From positions 1 through 48,449 of the forward strand of contig JAHQWJ010000030.1 of assembly GCA_029856125.1 (NCBI GenBank): a stretch of 48,449 nucleotides of DNA. The letters are read 5' to 3'. This document shows, piece after piece, positions 1 to 10,437 of the stretch. The translations under genes were made by a program, and so were the position numbers. The stretch comes from Promethearchaeia archaeon. Lineage in GTDB: Archaea; Asgardarchaeota; Lokiarchaeia; Sigyniarchaeales; SOKP01. The notes beneath the pieces were generated by a model, which was given only the letters and a program-made list of their open reading frames with translations, made no database searches and was not told where the DNA came from. Each line of letters starts with the position of its first letter. The stretch's first letter is position 1.

Positions 1-2
1 GC

Positions 3-1994
3 ATGATGCTGACGGGTTTTTCCACATCTTTTATAATTCTGTTGATTTCAAGGATGATAAGTGGAATCGGAATGGGATGCGTAATACCCGTAGGTTATTC
101 CATTATTTCCGATGCGATTCCGCCCGACGAAAGATCTGGATGGTTTGGTACGCTTGCAATATTGAGCTCAATTTCTAATGGTAGTGGCCAAGCTTTATCT
201 TCCTTTGTGGGACCAATTTTAGGCTGGAGATTTCCATTTTTTTTGTTGTCGGGAATAAGTATTATAATAGTATGCATATTATTTTTTGTCAAAATCCCTC
301 AACGAGGAGCAAGCGAGAATGAGTTATTAGATCTCGTCGATTTAAATTTAGAATACCAATATAAAATATCGAAAAAGGATTTATCAAACATAATAAAAAA
401 GAAAACTAACAAATATTTAATCATTCAAGGCTTTTTCGCAATAATCCCAGGAACGCTTTTTGTTTATTTTATGACTTCTATGCTTTCCACTCATTACTTC
501 ATTATATTACCTATCGAAATTAGGCTTCAAACGGCTGCGATATTTGCAGGTCTTTTAGGAGTAGGTTATCTATTGGGAAATGCAATTATGTCTTATGTAG
601 GAGATATTTTATTTCGAAAAAACAAAAAAAATCGAACTCGATTAGCAACAGCTTGTATGGCATTCAGCATTCCATTCGTTCTTTTAATGTTATTTTCTAT
701 ACAACCTATTAGCAGTGAAGTGGTTACTAATTTAAATTATCCGATTCCAATCCCTCCTGGAGAGATGATGTCATTTGTGATTTTAACAATTATAGAGATT
801 TTTAAAGTATCTCCAAATTACATTTATTATTTCATATTTGGATTTATAGGAGCAGTGTTAAGCACAGGTTGGGTTTCAAATAAGAATGCAGTTATGGTGG
901 ATGTTAATCTTCCCGAGCATAAAGGCACAGCTACCTCCTTTTTTAGCCTCGCAGAGCAAGTGGGAAAAGGAGTTACGTTATTAATGTCGTTTTCTTTGAT
1001 TTCATTTTTTGGGAGTGTGTTTAATATGATGCTCTTTGCGGTATTTCTTTGGGTACCTTCTGCTTTACTATGGTTCCTCGCAGGTAAATCTGTCGAAGTC
1101 GATATGGAATATAAATCTACCATTCTTTTAGAAAGAAAACAAATCAATCTACTGGATTTTATTTTTGAATTAGAAATTCAGATGGACAGAGCTACTCAAA
1201 AAGTGCAAGATTCAAAGTATTATATCCTTACAGATCAATCGAAATTTAATAAATTGCTTGATGAAGCGATAATAATACTCAATTACTGCGAAAAAGAAGG
1301 AGAATATAGGAGTATAACAAAAATTGAGAAAAGAGCTCGAAAATTAAATATTAAAGCAAATTCAATTAAGTCTATGGCTAATCAAATATTCAAAATTCTT
1401 AATGTAAAGGATTTATCCGCAAAGGAAATTGATATGCTTAATGAAGATCTACGACAGATCATTTTAAACATTTCTGAAGGAGAGCGTAGCACTTTTGGAG
1501 ATTTGCAAATTTTTTATGAAGATGCTTATCTAAAAATAATTGAAGCTCGTTTATTAAGGAACAATGATCTTATTAAGAGTAAAGGGAAAATACAAGATGC
1601 AATAAAAATATACGAAAGAGTTAGAAATTTATTGAATGAACGTGTGGAAATCATAAATGAAACCGCCGAATTATCAGAAGAGGATAAATTTGTAAATGAA
1701 AAAGAGCGAGAACTACTAAAAAAAACATCTAATGCATTAGCCGCTACTAATGCTTTAAAAAACGAGATTGAAGGAGTTTTTAAAAAATTGGAAGAGAAGG
1801 GGATTATGGAAAAGGATTTAAGAAAAATCTCAGATTTGACATATGAATACCATGTTAATCTGTATGATGTAATTGTGGATACTTTCGGCCAAGATCGAAG
1901 AACAAAGGACATTATTATGGAAATTCTTGAAGAAATTGATGCCATCTTTAATGATTACGATAAATTAAAAACGCTAGAGTTGAAAGTATTTTAA
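3..1994 (+). CDS. MFS transporter (5'-truncated by window edge) with ~290-aa C-terminal soluble helical extension
   Basis: MFS motifs 'SRMISGIGMG', 'ISDAIPPDERSGWFG', 'LGWRFPF', 'VGDILFRK', 'LPEHKGTA'; multiple TM helices to about aa 360, then a charged helical tail. Confidence 0.85.
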   Translation: MMLTGFSTSFIILLISRMISGIGMGCVIPVGYSIISDAIPPDERSGWFGTLAILSSISNGSGQALSSFVGPILGWRFPFFLLSGISIIIVCILFFVKIPQRGASENELLDLVDLNLEYQYKISKKDLSNIIKKKTNKYLIIQGFFAIIPGTLFVYFMTSMLSTHYFIILPIEIRLQTAAIFAGLLGVGYLLGNAIMSYVGDILFRKNKKNRTRLATACMAFSIPFVLLMLFSIQPISSEVVTNLNYPIPIPPGEMMSFVILTIIEIFKVSPNYIYYFIFGFIGAVLSTGWVSNKNAVMVDVNLPEHKGTATSFFSLAEQVGKGVTLLMSFSLISFFGSVFNMMLFAVFLWVPSALLWFLAGKSVEVDMEYKSTILLERKQINLLDFIFELEIQMDRATQKVQDSKYYILTDQSKFNKLLDEAIIILNYCEKEGEYRSITKIEKRARKLNIKANSIKSMANQIFKILNVKDLSAKEIDMLNEDLRQIILNISEGERSTFGDLQIFYEDAYLKIIEARLLRNNDLIKSKGKIQDAIKIYERVRNLLNERVEIINETAELSEEDKFVNEKERELLKKTSNALAATNALKNEIEGVFKKLEEKGIMEKDLRKISDLTYEYHVNLYDVIVDTFGQDRRTKDIIMEILEEIDAIFNDYDKLKTLELKVF

Positions 1995-2016
1995 TTTAAA
2001 CAATTTGTTATTATCT

Positions 2017-2319
2017 CTAATTATTGAGAAATTCTGATTTTAATATATCTGTGAAATGTAACTTATCACTATTTCCTAACTCGTGTGTGTCGATTCCTTT
2101 CTTATTATAAAAATCAGGACAATTATCATCTGAAAATAAATTCACAAGCAAGATAAGACAGTTTTGGAGTTCTAAATCGTTATTTTTATCTTTATTGACG
2201 TTTTCCATAATTTTAATAAGGAGATTGCTGAGCCAGACTTTATTGAAATTAGGTAAGTCATCCTCTCTGTCTTTAGATTTCCTATTATAAAAATCTAAAA
2301 TATTAGCTACACAATCCAT
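2017..2319 (-). CDS. hypothetical protein, 100 aa
   Basis: ATG ORF with purine-rich element (GGGAAAGGGA) upstream; no motif recognised. Confidence 0.65.
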   Translation of the reverse strand: MDCVANILDFYNRKSKDREDDLPNFNKVWLSNLLIKIMENVNKDKNNDLELQNCLILLVNLFSDDNCPDFYNKKGIDTHELGNSDKLHFTDILKSEFLNN

Positions 2320-2352
2320 TTTAAAATTAATCCCTTTCCCGTGTAAGAGTTC

Positions 2353-2394
2353 AAGAGTTACATTAATTTACGCTCCCGAAATTATGTAATTCTT
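2353..2394 (-). promoter_or_regulatory. long imperfect hairpin in putative 5' leader of 2017..2319
   Basis: Minus strand AAGAATTACAT-AATTT-CG-[GGAG]-CG-T-AAATT-A-ATGTAACTCTT; TATA-like AATATATATAAA near 2429-2440. Confidence 0.4.
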
Positions 2395-2599
2395 CGTTAT
2401 TAAATCAACAGATACATGCTAATTCGGATTTATATATATTTGTGACTGTTAGTTCAATGAGAAAAAGGAATTTCATCAAAAATTAGGTTGGTTCAAAACA
2501 TATTTGAAGGGAATCAATTAGATGTAAAGAGTTAGTTGTTTTTTTCTTCAAAAACCTAACAAAATTAGTATCACGAGTAATAAGGATGTCGGGTATTAA

Positions 2600-3148
2600 T
2601 CAAGCTTCAATACCTTCTATAAAAGAATCAATGGCTTGTTCAAGGTCGATCAAGTCCTCGACTTCTTTTATGTCACTACTAGCAATTCTGTTTAGAAATT
2701 CCTTTAAGAGTTTTTCCTTTTGTTTATCCTGTGGGAAAATCAAAGAACTTTTATAATGCTCATAGTCTAAGATATTAGTAAAAACTAGAAATAGTTTTTC
2801 GATGTGGCTATATTCAATCAAGCTATGAAGTTTATCTCTGGTAATGAGAGTTTGTGTTTGATCCTTATAGAATCCACTGAGGTCGTTATAATAATTTGTA
2901 ATGCGAGCAACATTATCCAACTGCGTCTGAAGAGCAGCTTGACTGATCGGACTATCATCAGAATACATGATTTCAAAATAAGCATTAACAAAATCTTTCA
3001 ATTTTTGAAGCTTCTGCTGGAAAACTCTAGTTTTGACTATCCGAGTAAACATTGGGCTTTCTTTATCCTTATAAAAGCGAAGTTCAAATTTAACTATTGC
3101 CAAAATATCGAGAAATAATTCCTTTATATCAATGTTATCTCTTTCCAT
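2600..3148 (-). CDS. hypothetical all-helical protein, 182 aa
   Basis: Long ATG ORF with amphipathic helical pattern; no motif. Confidence 0.7.
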   Translation of the reverse strand: MERDNIDIKELFLDILAIVKFELRFYKDKESPMFTRIVKTRVFQQKLQKLKDFVNAYFEIMYSDDSPISQAALQTQLDNVARITNYYNDLSGFYKDQTQTLITRDKLHSLIEYSHIEKLFLVFTNILDYEHYKSSLIFPQDKQKEKLLKEFLNRIASSDIKEVEDLIDLEQAIDSFIEGIEA

Positions 3149-3321
3149 TTTACTGTAAGTTTGTTCGTAGTTCTTAATTTATATTTAGTTCTATTAACTA
3201 GTATACATCTGATAATATAAAAATATACTATATATTGAATTCTAATGTTTTAATAAATTTAATTCTTAAGATTACTTTTTCTTATAGATTCATATAGAGT
3301 CTTTTTCTTGTTTTTGGTTTC

Positions 3322-4311
3322 TTAATAAGTTAAGGGAAAATGAGGTCTATCCGTTATTTGATCTTTAGGAAGGAGGTTTCTTTGGTTTATTTTTCTTCTT
3401 GTAAGCTTCCTGAACGTTATCGCATTTATATGAATCCTTAAAATTCGGAGTGGGGAAAAAATCATAAATTTCAGATCGTTGTTAGGATTCTTTCTTAATT
3501 CGAGAAATTTTAGATAAAAACGTTCAGTTTTTGCTTTTCGCTTAGGAGTTTCAAAAGAAATAAATCTTTTAAGAATCTTGTCCAGTGACTCTGAATCTTC
3601 ATAACAATAGTAGTTTGAAGCTTTTAAAGACCATTTGATAGCCTCTAACTGATATTTTATCGAGTTCAATTCTTTTCTAGGACCTATCAATAACGCAAAA
3701 AACGAAATAAAAAGATTCATAACCGTACTTCTAAAAATCTCGCGAACGGTAATTTTGATTTTAGGTCTAATAGAATCTCTGAGATCTTCTCCAAACAAAA
3801 CCGTGCTATTTTGAATTACACTCCCTAAAACGATATTTCGCGGAGCAAATAACATTGAGAAAAAACGATTTACTCGAAAAATTTTGTAAAATATCGCTTG
3901 TTCCCAGAATTTCTGTTTTGTTAAAAAATGACTCACGAACATTCCTGTCGAGAGCTGGATTACTCCAAGAATCTCACGAAATAGTTTTGAAGTTGGTTCT
4001 TTAAATTTATGTTTTATTTCTAATGCAATAAAATACCTCTCAATCTCCTTTAAATGTCTACCTGAAACCCGATTTTTAAAAATAAAGAGGAGATCACAAT
4101 CAGATACAGCAGTGTTTTCATTATCTACTTGTTGACTACCAAACAAAAGAAGGGATACAATTTTATTAATTCCTATTTCTTTGTTAATTAAAACCACAAT
4201 GTCCTTAATGTAATTTCTTGATTGTTCGTTCAATCCTTTTAAATTATTTGATATGTGGTATTTTATTTTATCATCTGTTTCGCTGGTTTTATCTGAATTA
4301 ATATCTTGCAT
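3322..4311 (-). CDS. Pol-beta superfamily nucleotidyltransferase domain protein with C-terminal helical domain
   Basis: 'LLLFGS...SDCDLLFIF' matches the GS-x-DxD motif. Confidence 0.75.
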   Translation of the reverse strand: MQDINSDKTSETDDKIKYHISNNLKGLNEQSRNYIKDIVVLINKEIGINKIVSLLLFGSQQVDNENTAVSDCDLLFIFKNRVSGRHLKEIERYFIALEIKHKFKEPTSKLFREILGVIQLSTGMFVSHFLTKQKFWEQAIFYKIFRVNRFFSMLFAPRNIVLGSVIQNSTVLFGEDLRDSIRPKIKITVREIFRSTVMNLFISFFALLIGPRKELNSIKYQLEAIKWSLKASNYYCYEDSESLDKILKRFISFETPKRKAKTERFYLKFLELRKNPNNDLKFMIFSPLRILRIHINAITFRKLTRRKINQRNLLPKDQITDRPHFPLTY

Positions 4312-4378
4312 CTTTACCTGAAATATTATTTCCTATAATAAAAATATAAACTAAAAATTAATAGTTGATTAAAAGAAC

Positions 4379-6388
4379 TCAAATTCGATTACCGAGGTTA
4401 TAACCACGACTAATAGCTTCTAAAACAGTTTGTGGCTTTTTTGCATCTCCGAGTTTTTCAACAGGAATTTTTAAAGTCTTAATCTCTTTAAAAAGAGAAT
4501 CATTCGGTTTAACACCTGTGGCATAATAAACATAGTCGACATCGTTAATTTGTTGTTCAGTATCGGTAGCATCAACATATGATACATAATCTTCACCTAT
4601 TTCTGTTACTTTTACACTGGTAAGTTTTTTCACTCCGAGATAATCACATTTATCTAATAGAACCCACTTAGTAGTCTTACCTAATGCAGTTCCTAATTTA
4701 GGTAATTGTTCTAAAACAGTTACTTTATTCCTTCCTTCGTGCATCATTTTCAAGGCTACTTCTGGCTCCAGTGCTTTGTATCGTGTGAGAAAATTAAACG
4801 AATTAACATCCAATGATCCATATTTTGCTATGTAAAGTGCTAATTCTATGCCTGTAGCACCACCGCCTATAATAACATTATTTTTCCCTAATGGGGCATC
4901 ACCGCTAAAAACATTATTTGCCCAAAATACGTTTTCTCTTTCAATTCCTGTAATCGGAGGTTTAATTGGAGTTGAACCGGTTGCTACTAATACTATATCT
5001 GGATTTATTTCTTTAATTCTGTCACTTGTTATTTCTTGTTGCAGGTGAACATTAATATTATATTTCTGAATCCAGTAAGTATAGTTTTCAATCATCCTCT
5101 TAAATTCGTTCCTTCCTGGCGGTATCCAAATTATATTTAATAGGCCACCGATTTTATCATCCTTTTCATATAAATGCACTTCATGACCTCTCATAGCCGC
5201 AACACGCGCAGCTTCTAACCCTGCTGGACCAGCTCCAACAATCATAACTTTTTTCTTGCTCTCAAGTGGTTTTAACTCAGTCTTAGCTTCTTTTCCGGCT
5301 CTAGCATTTCTTAAACATACTACAGATTGCATACCAAAGATAGCATCAAAACATCCTTGATTACAACCGATACAATGCATAATATCCCTTAATTCACCTT
5401 TCTTTGCCTTTTCAGGGAGATAGGGATCCGCGATTAAAGTTCGACCCATGCATATGGCATCAGCTTTTCTAGCCATTAAAATTTGCTCAGCTAATTCAGG
5501 TGTGTTTATTCTATTGGAAGAAAATACTGGGATTGAAACATAATTCTTAATATTTTCAGCTAAATATGAATAGCATCCCTCCGGAACATCCATTGTTGTT
5601 TGAGGAACTTTTGTCTCATGCCATCCTCCTGTTACATTGATGTAATCTAGATATTTTGAGAGTTCTTCCGCAATTACTCCTTTTTCTTTATAAGTATTAC
5701 TTCCAGGTACAAAATCATCCCCGGAAATCCTATAACCAAGAGGAAAATCCTCTAAATTAGATTTCATTAGCTCTAGAGTTTCTAAAGGGAATCTAAGTCG
5801 ATCTTCTAAATCACCACCATATTTGTCGGTTCGGATGTTAGTTTTTGGAGAGAGAAATTGAGTCATCAAATAGCCGGCATTTGCACAAATTTCAACAGCA
5901 TCAAAGCCTGCTTTCTTAGCGCGTACTCCTGCAGCCACAAATGCTTCCTGTTCCGTTTTTATATCTTCAAGAGTCATTTCTCTTGGAGTAGTTTTGCTAA
6001 ATTTACTATATACCGCCGAGGGAGCAATGGGCGTTTTACCAATTACAATAGGCATAGTATACGCACCACCATGATACAATTGAGCACACACCTTTACATC
6101 ATCTCTAGCGTCGTGAACAGCTTTCGTTAGCTCAGTTAATTTTGGTAAATAATCGTCACTATCAATAGAAATCATCATTGGAATCCCTTTTGCATAAAGA
6201 TCTACATAACACCCACCTACAATTAATAACCCAGCGCCTCCCTTTGCTCTTTCGACATAAAAATCAATTAGCTGTTGACTGATATAGCCATCACTAGCCA
6301 TGTTGAGATTTATTGCGGGCATAACTATACGATTTGAAATTGTTATATTTCCAATGTCCAGAGGTTCAAACAATTTAAAGAATTTCAT
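4379..6388 (-). CDS. NADH:flavin oxidoreductase / 2,4-dienoyl-CoA reductase (FadH-like; OYE domain + FAD domain)
   Basis: 'NRIVMPA', 'NIRTDKYGG', 'CIGCNQGC' Fe-S motif, 'VGAGPAGLEAA', 'IIGGGATG'. Confidence 0.9.
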   Translation of the reverse strand: MKFFKLFEPLDIGNITISNRIVMPAINLNMASDGYISQQLIDFYVERAKGGAGLLIVGGCYVDLYAKGIPMMISIDSDDYLPKLTELTKAVHDARDDVKVCAQLYHGGAYTMPIVIGKTPIAPSAVYSKFSKTTPREMTLEDIKTEQEAFVAAGVRAKKAGFDAVEICANAGYLMTQFLSPKTNIRTDKYGGDLEDRLRFPLETLELMKSNLEDFPLGYRISGDDFVPGSNTYKEKGVIAEELSKYLDYINVTGGWHETKVPQTTMDVPEGCYSYLAENIKNYVSIPVFSSNRINTPELAEQILMARKADAICMGRTLIADPYLPEKAKKGELRDIMHCIGCNQGCFDAIFGMQSVVCLRNARAGKEAKTELKPLESKKKVMIVGAGPAGLEAARVAAMRGHEVHLYEKDDKIGGLLNIIWIPPGRNEFKRMIENYTYWIQKYNINVHLQQEITSDRIKEINPDIVLVATGSTPIKPPITGIERENVFWANNVFSGDAPLGKNNVIIGGGATGIELALYIAKYGSLDVNSFNFLTRYKALEPEVALKMMHEGRNKVTVLEQLPKLGTALGKTTKWVLLDKCDYLGVKKLTSVKVTEIGEDYVSYVDATDTEQQINDVDYVYYATGVKPNDSLFKEIKTLKIPVEKLGDAKKPQTVLEAISRGYNLGNRI

Positions 6389-6536
6389 ATAAATTTCACT
6401 TCAATTAAGATAGAATTAATAATTTTATTAGTTATTAAAATTGATAACAGTATAAATTATTAACTTTTGTTTGTTTAAAGCTTAAATAAACGCCATTCAA
6501 GCGATATAATAAAGAGAAAATTTTTATTGTTTATTC

Positions 6537-7328
6537 TTATCGGAAGTACGAATCAGAACTACGATCTTCTTGAGGACCCTTCATAAATTGATTTGCTTGC
6601 TTTTTGTAAGAATCGATTACTTGCTCCATTTCTTCGATCTGTTTGTTTAATTCATCGAAGTTCATTTCAATATTAAAATATTCCATTAATAATACAACCA
6701 ATGCTTTAGATGCCCGGGGATCTAATGTCATCATAGGTAACGGTAATGTTTCTGCTAATAAGCATACTCCAGGAGCAAATCCTTTTTGTCCTGCCCAAGC
6801 GGGTAAAATTCCATTTGCTCCAGCAATTACTCCGCCCTCCATTAATGTAGTATCTTTAAATTTTAAAAAAGATTCATTTATTTTGTCGTTTGTTCCACAA
6901 ATATGTGTTATTGGTTTGTCTCTTACTCTATCAATTACCATTGCACCAGCACTGACGTACATTTTAATTTTACTATTTGTAATTTTATCCATCGCTTCAC
7001 AAAATTTCTGAGAAAAATCAAATACTCCTTGTGAAGTCTGGGGTTGATAATTGGCTGTTAAAATAAAGAGATCAGGTTTATTTTTCTGTTTTCTTGACTT
7101 ATAATAGACTTTTGCTGATGGAATCTCCAATTTACCTTTTTCAACATTTGACTTGGGGGGAAAATCGAAATATTCAATGTCCAAGAATTCTTTGGCTTCA
7201 ATCGAATCTTTAATCGAAGTGATCGCAAGTTTTGCGACCAAAGCAATCCCTGGCCAACCAATCAAAACAATTGGATCGTTTAAATCATCTGGATTTAACT
7301 CAAATTTCTGATTTATGTTTATAATCAT
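6537..7328 (-). CDS. PAC2-family proteasome assembly chaperone
   Basis: 'LIGWPGIALVAKLA', 'GVIAGANGIL', 'GVCLLAET', 'DPRASK', C-terminal HbYX-like 'SYFR'. Confidence 0.85.
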   Translation of the reverse strand: MIININQKFELNPDDLNDPIVLIGWPGIALVAKLAITSIKDSIEAKEFLDIEYFDFPPKSNVEKGKLEIPSAKVYYKSRKQKNKPDLFILTANYQPQTSQGVFDFSQKFCEAMDKITNSKIKMYVSAGAMVIDRVRDKPITHICGTNDKINESFLKFKDTTLMEGGVIAGANGILPAWAGQKGFAPGVCLLAETLPLPMMTLDPRASKALVVLLMEYFNIEMNFDELNKQIEEMEQVIDSYKKQANQFMKGPQEDRSSDSYFR

Positions 7329-7349
7329 TTCATTCTACCTTTTTTGATG

Positions 7350-8363
7350 CTAAATATCAATTATTTTTTCTCCGCAGTGGGGACAAAATTCGATGCGTAC
7401 TTTCATAAATTTCCCACAGAAAGGGCAATACATACCGGAGTTAAGATTGTTAGAAACCTCAGTGTTAGAAGTTTCAAAAATTTGTGACGATTGATAATTT
7501 GGTGATATATATTGAGTTTGTTGTTCTCTACTATTTTTTAAAAAGTCATACAGAGAAGTTAATAGGCAAATAAATAATGGAGCAAATAACAATCCAGGTA
7601 AATTATAAAATAGATCATATAGTATAATTGAACCATAATTTCTCGTAGATGGATTGTACCATGAAGGGTCGTATACTTCGAGTAAGAAAGGAGTAACAAC
7701 CATTTGGAAGATAAAATCGCAAAGAAAAACAAATAAATTGCTAAGTATAAAAATGCCAATTATCTTCCAAAATGCTCCTCTTGCTACTTCTCGAGCTTCT
7801 TTTATAGGTTGAATTCCTTCTTCTGAATGATATGTGAATATGTAAAAAATATAATACCCATAAATGATAATACTTGGAATAAAAAGGAGAAATGACCCTA
7901 CTGCTATTCCAACACCTAATAATAGAATAACAAGCAATAACCTCCCATTAAATGCGTTTTTTAATTCAGTAGTAAAGTTCGAAGGACTACCAGAGAATTT
8001 GTTGAACAAATAATTACTTACTAAACACATAGCGAATACATTGAAAATTGATGATGTTAAATTATTGAAAAACTCAGTACTGATAATTAAAGCGAAGTAC
8101 TCAAACATGACATTAAGATCGTCGTTAGTGAGGGTTGTAGGATCTTTCTGTATAATAAGTTCAATCGCTGGAGTTATGAGATTTAATTGCCAGTTCAAAT
8201 CAGTAACTAACAAATTTTTAATTATTAAACTAATTACAAAAATTAAGGCTAAAGGTATAATTAAAGTCTTGTAGCTCTTGCTAAATAAATATAAGCCTTC
8301 ATAGATGACATCCTTAAACCGTTTATTTGAGACGCTTTTCTGTCTTGGATACCCATCCGACAT
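7350..8363 (-). CDS. multi-pass membrane protein with C-terminal zinc ribbon
   Basis: About 6 TM segments; C-terminal 'CPFCG...FCPHCG'. Confidence 0.8.
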   Translation of the reverse strand: MSDGYPRQKSVSNKRFKDVIYEGLYLFSKSYKTLIIPLALIFVISLIIKNLLVTDLNWQLNLITPAIELIIQKDPTTLTNDDLNVMFEYFALIISTEFFNNLTSSIFNVFAMCLVSNYLFNKFSGSPSNFTTELKNAFNGRLLLVILLLGVGIAVGSFLLFIPSIIIYGYYIFYIFTYHSEEGIQPIKEAREVARGAFWKIIGIFILSNLFVFLCDFIFQMVVTPFLLEVYDPSWYNPSTRNYGSIILYDLFYNLPGLLFAPLFICLLTSLYDFLKNSREQQTQYISPNYQSSQIFETSNTEVSNNLNSGMYCPFCGKFMKVRIEFCPHCGEKIIDI

Positions 8364-8490
8364 AATTTTAATTATTCTCTTAATTATTTATAATTTGTTA
8401 AAAAAATATAATTAAAAGGTTTATTCTTTAATTTACTAGTAGTTATATATAATGTTAACATAAGAAATAAAAATTCTCTTAATACATGAT

Positions 8491-10398
8491 ATGTACGCGC
8501 AACAACAACCAACACGCCAAATTCCTGGAATAATATCTTATATGGATTATTTTTCATCTAAGAAATCTGCTTATATTCTCCTTTTTAGCGTACCTTCTAT
8601 TCTTGCTGTTTTATCGTTTATACTGAATTCACTTTACACGAATATTTGGAACTTTTATTACCTTTCGAATGTTTTACTAACATTTTACTTAACCTCTGGA
8701 GGAGGTATCATAATATCGGTTATTTTTTACTCAAAACGCTCTCCACTACTTGCTAGTCCCCCGAAGGGATGGTCTTTTCAAATGAATTCTTTTTTTACTG
8801 GAATAATGGGTTTGTCACTTTTAATTGGACAACTAATTACAATCTTCCTTAGAAATATCACGTTTCAAGAAGTGTTTCTCATATTGGGTACTATTATTTC
8901 CTATATCTTCGCATTTGTTGTATATTTTTCGTTTACTACAGCTGGTAAGTATGGAAATATAATTTTAGCATTTGTACAACCAGTAATTGTAATAACGCTC
9001 TACAGTATTTTCGCATCTCCACTTCCATTTTTCTTTTTTATCAGAGCAATCCTTTTCTTTTTAATTTGTGCATTTATTTTTGCGATCCCTTATACAAGAA
9101 GTATGTCTCGAGTAAGCAATATATACAGGCAAGCAACCGGTATAGGAGGATATCCTTTTATTAGAGCTTTCGTACTTTCGATGTTGACCGAGGGTAATGA
9201 TGATTTACTCGAAGGCTTTTTTGATAAAATAGGGGTCAACACCAATGCTTTGATACAATACTTGGCAATCAGAAGCAAGGCTACACAAAAACTAAAAGGT
9301 TTATTCGTCATACCACATGTTCATTTTGGACCTTTTAAAACTTGTGGATCTTCAGATTTACCAGCTCATATCTACGAGGCCTTTAGTCAAATTCAGGGTA
9401 CGACGGTTTATCACACTACAAATGATCACACGCAGAATTTAACTTCTCAGAAAGAACTTGAAAAAGTCTTAAGTAAAATAAAGAGAGATGTGAAATATAT
9501 CGAAGAAGACAAAAAGATAGAATGGATAAAAAAAGTTAATGCCACCACAAGAAGCATGTCGAATTCGGCAAAGTTAATAGGTATAGAGATAAATAATGTT
9601 GCTATAATGTTCCTAACTAGACATCCTTTACCTTCTGATGACATTCAAGCTGAAATAGGGGATAGAATTAGAAAGATAGCAAAAGACAAAGGTTACCGTG
9701 AAGTTATCATAATAGATTCGCATAATTCAATTATAGGGGATGAGGTTTTGATAAGAAACAAATCGATAGAAGCCAATGACCTTATATCTGTTTCAGAGAA
9801 ATTCCTTATTTCCAATAAGGCTAAAGAAAATGACAATAAAATTGTTGTAGAATATGGTGTTGCCAAAGATCTAATGACGGAATACACAGAAAGAGATGGA
9901 ATTGGTATAGGTGGAATAGTTGTTCATTTATTTAAAAACATTGAATCAAGTCAAAAAACAGTGTTTATTCACTTCGATGCAAATAATGCCTATGTTGATA
10001 TTCGATCGTTCGTTTTAAACATGCTACAAAATAGAGGAATCGAAAGGGGGGAAGTTACGACTTCTGATTCTCACACAGTAGCAAGACAATTCACAGCCCG
10101 GGGATATTCTCCTTTGGGTGATAAGATCAAATTAGAAAAGATTCTAGACAAAATTGATAATCTAATAATTAAAGCAGAAAACAATTTAGAAGATGTGGAA
10201 TTTTATTATCACGATTCTATTGTCGAAAATGTTAAGATATGGAACAATCCTCGCTATTTTGAGGTGATTATGAATACACTATTCAAATGCATTAAAGTTT
10301 CTCGTGGACTATTCACATACAGTCTGATAATCCCTGCTTTATTTTCAATAATTTTGCTTCTATTTTTCTATAACATCCAATTTTCTGCTATTTTTTAG
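8491..10398 (+). CDS. DUF2070-family archaeal membrane protein
   Basis: N-terminal TM bundle; 'HVHFGPF', 'HTTNDH', 'DSHN', 'DANN', 'TSDSH' motifs; C-terminal TM. Confidence 0.8.
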   Translation: MYAQQQPTRQIPGIISYMDYFSSKKSAYILLFSVPSILAVLSFILNSLYTNIWNFYYLSNVLLTFYLTSGGGIIISVIFYSKRSPLLASPPKGWSFQMNSFFTGIMGLSLLIGQLITIFLRNITFQEVFLILGTIISYIFAFVVYFSFTTAGKYGNIILAFVQPVIVITLYSIFASPLPFFFFIRAILFFLICAFIFAIPYTRSMSRVSNIYRQATGIGGYPFIRAFVLSMLTEGNDDLLEGFFDKIGVNTNALIQYLAIRSKATQKLKGLFVIPHVHFGPFKTCGSSDLPAHIYEAFSQIQGTTVYHTTNDHTQNLTSQKELEKVLSKIKRDVKYIEEDKKIEWIKKVNATTRSMSNSAKLIGIEINNVAIMFLTRHPLPSDDIQAEIGDRIRKIAKDKGYREVIIIDSHNSIIGDEVLIRNKSIEANDLISVSEKFLISNKAKENDNKIVVEYGVAKDLMTEYTERDGIGIGGIVVHLFKNIESSQKTVFIHFDANNAYVDIRSFVLNMLQNRGIERGEVTTSDSHTVARQFTARGYSPLGDKIKLEKILDKIDNLIIKAENNLEDVEFYYHDSIVENVKIWNNPRYFEVIMNTLFKCIKVSRGLFTYSLIIPALFSIILLLFFYNIQFSAIF

Positions 10399-10437
10399 AA
10401 TCAGGAAGCTTATCTTTGTAGATATGATCTAAATATT

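Noticed and set aside
2480-2602. Possible TGA (selenocysteine) read-through of 2600..3148, with the frame open about 38 further codons
   Set aside because: No Cys/Sec-type motif context, extension not protein-like, no SECIS-like element recognised
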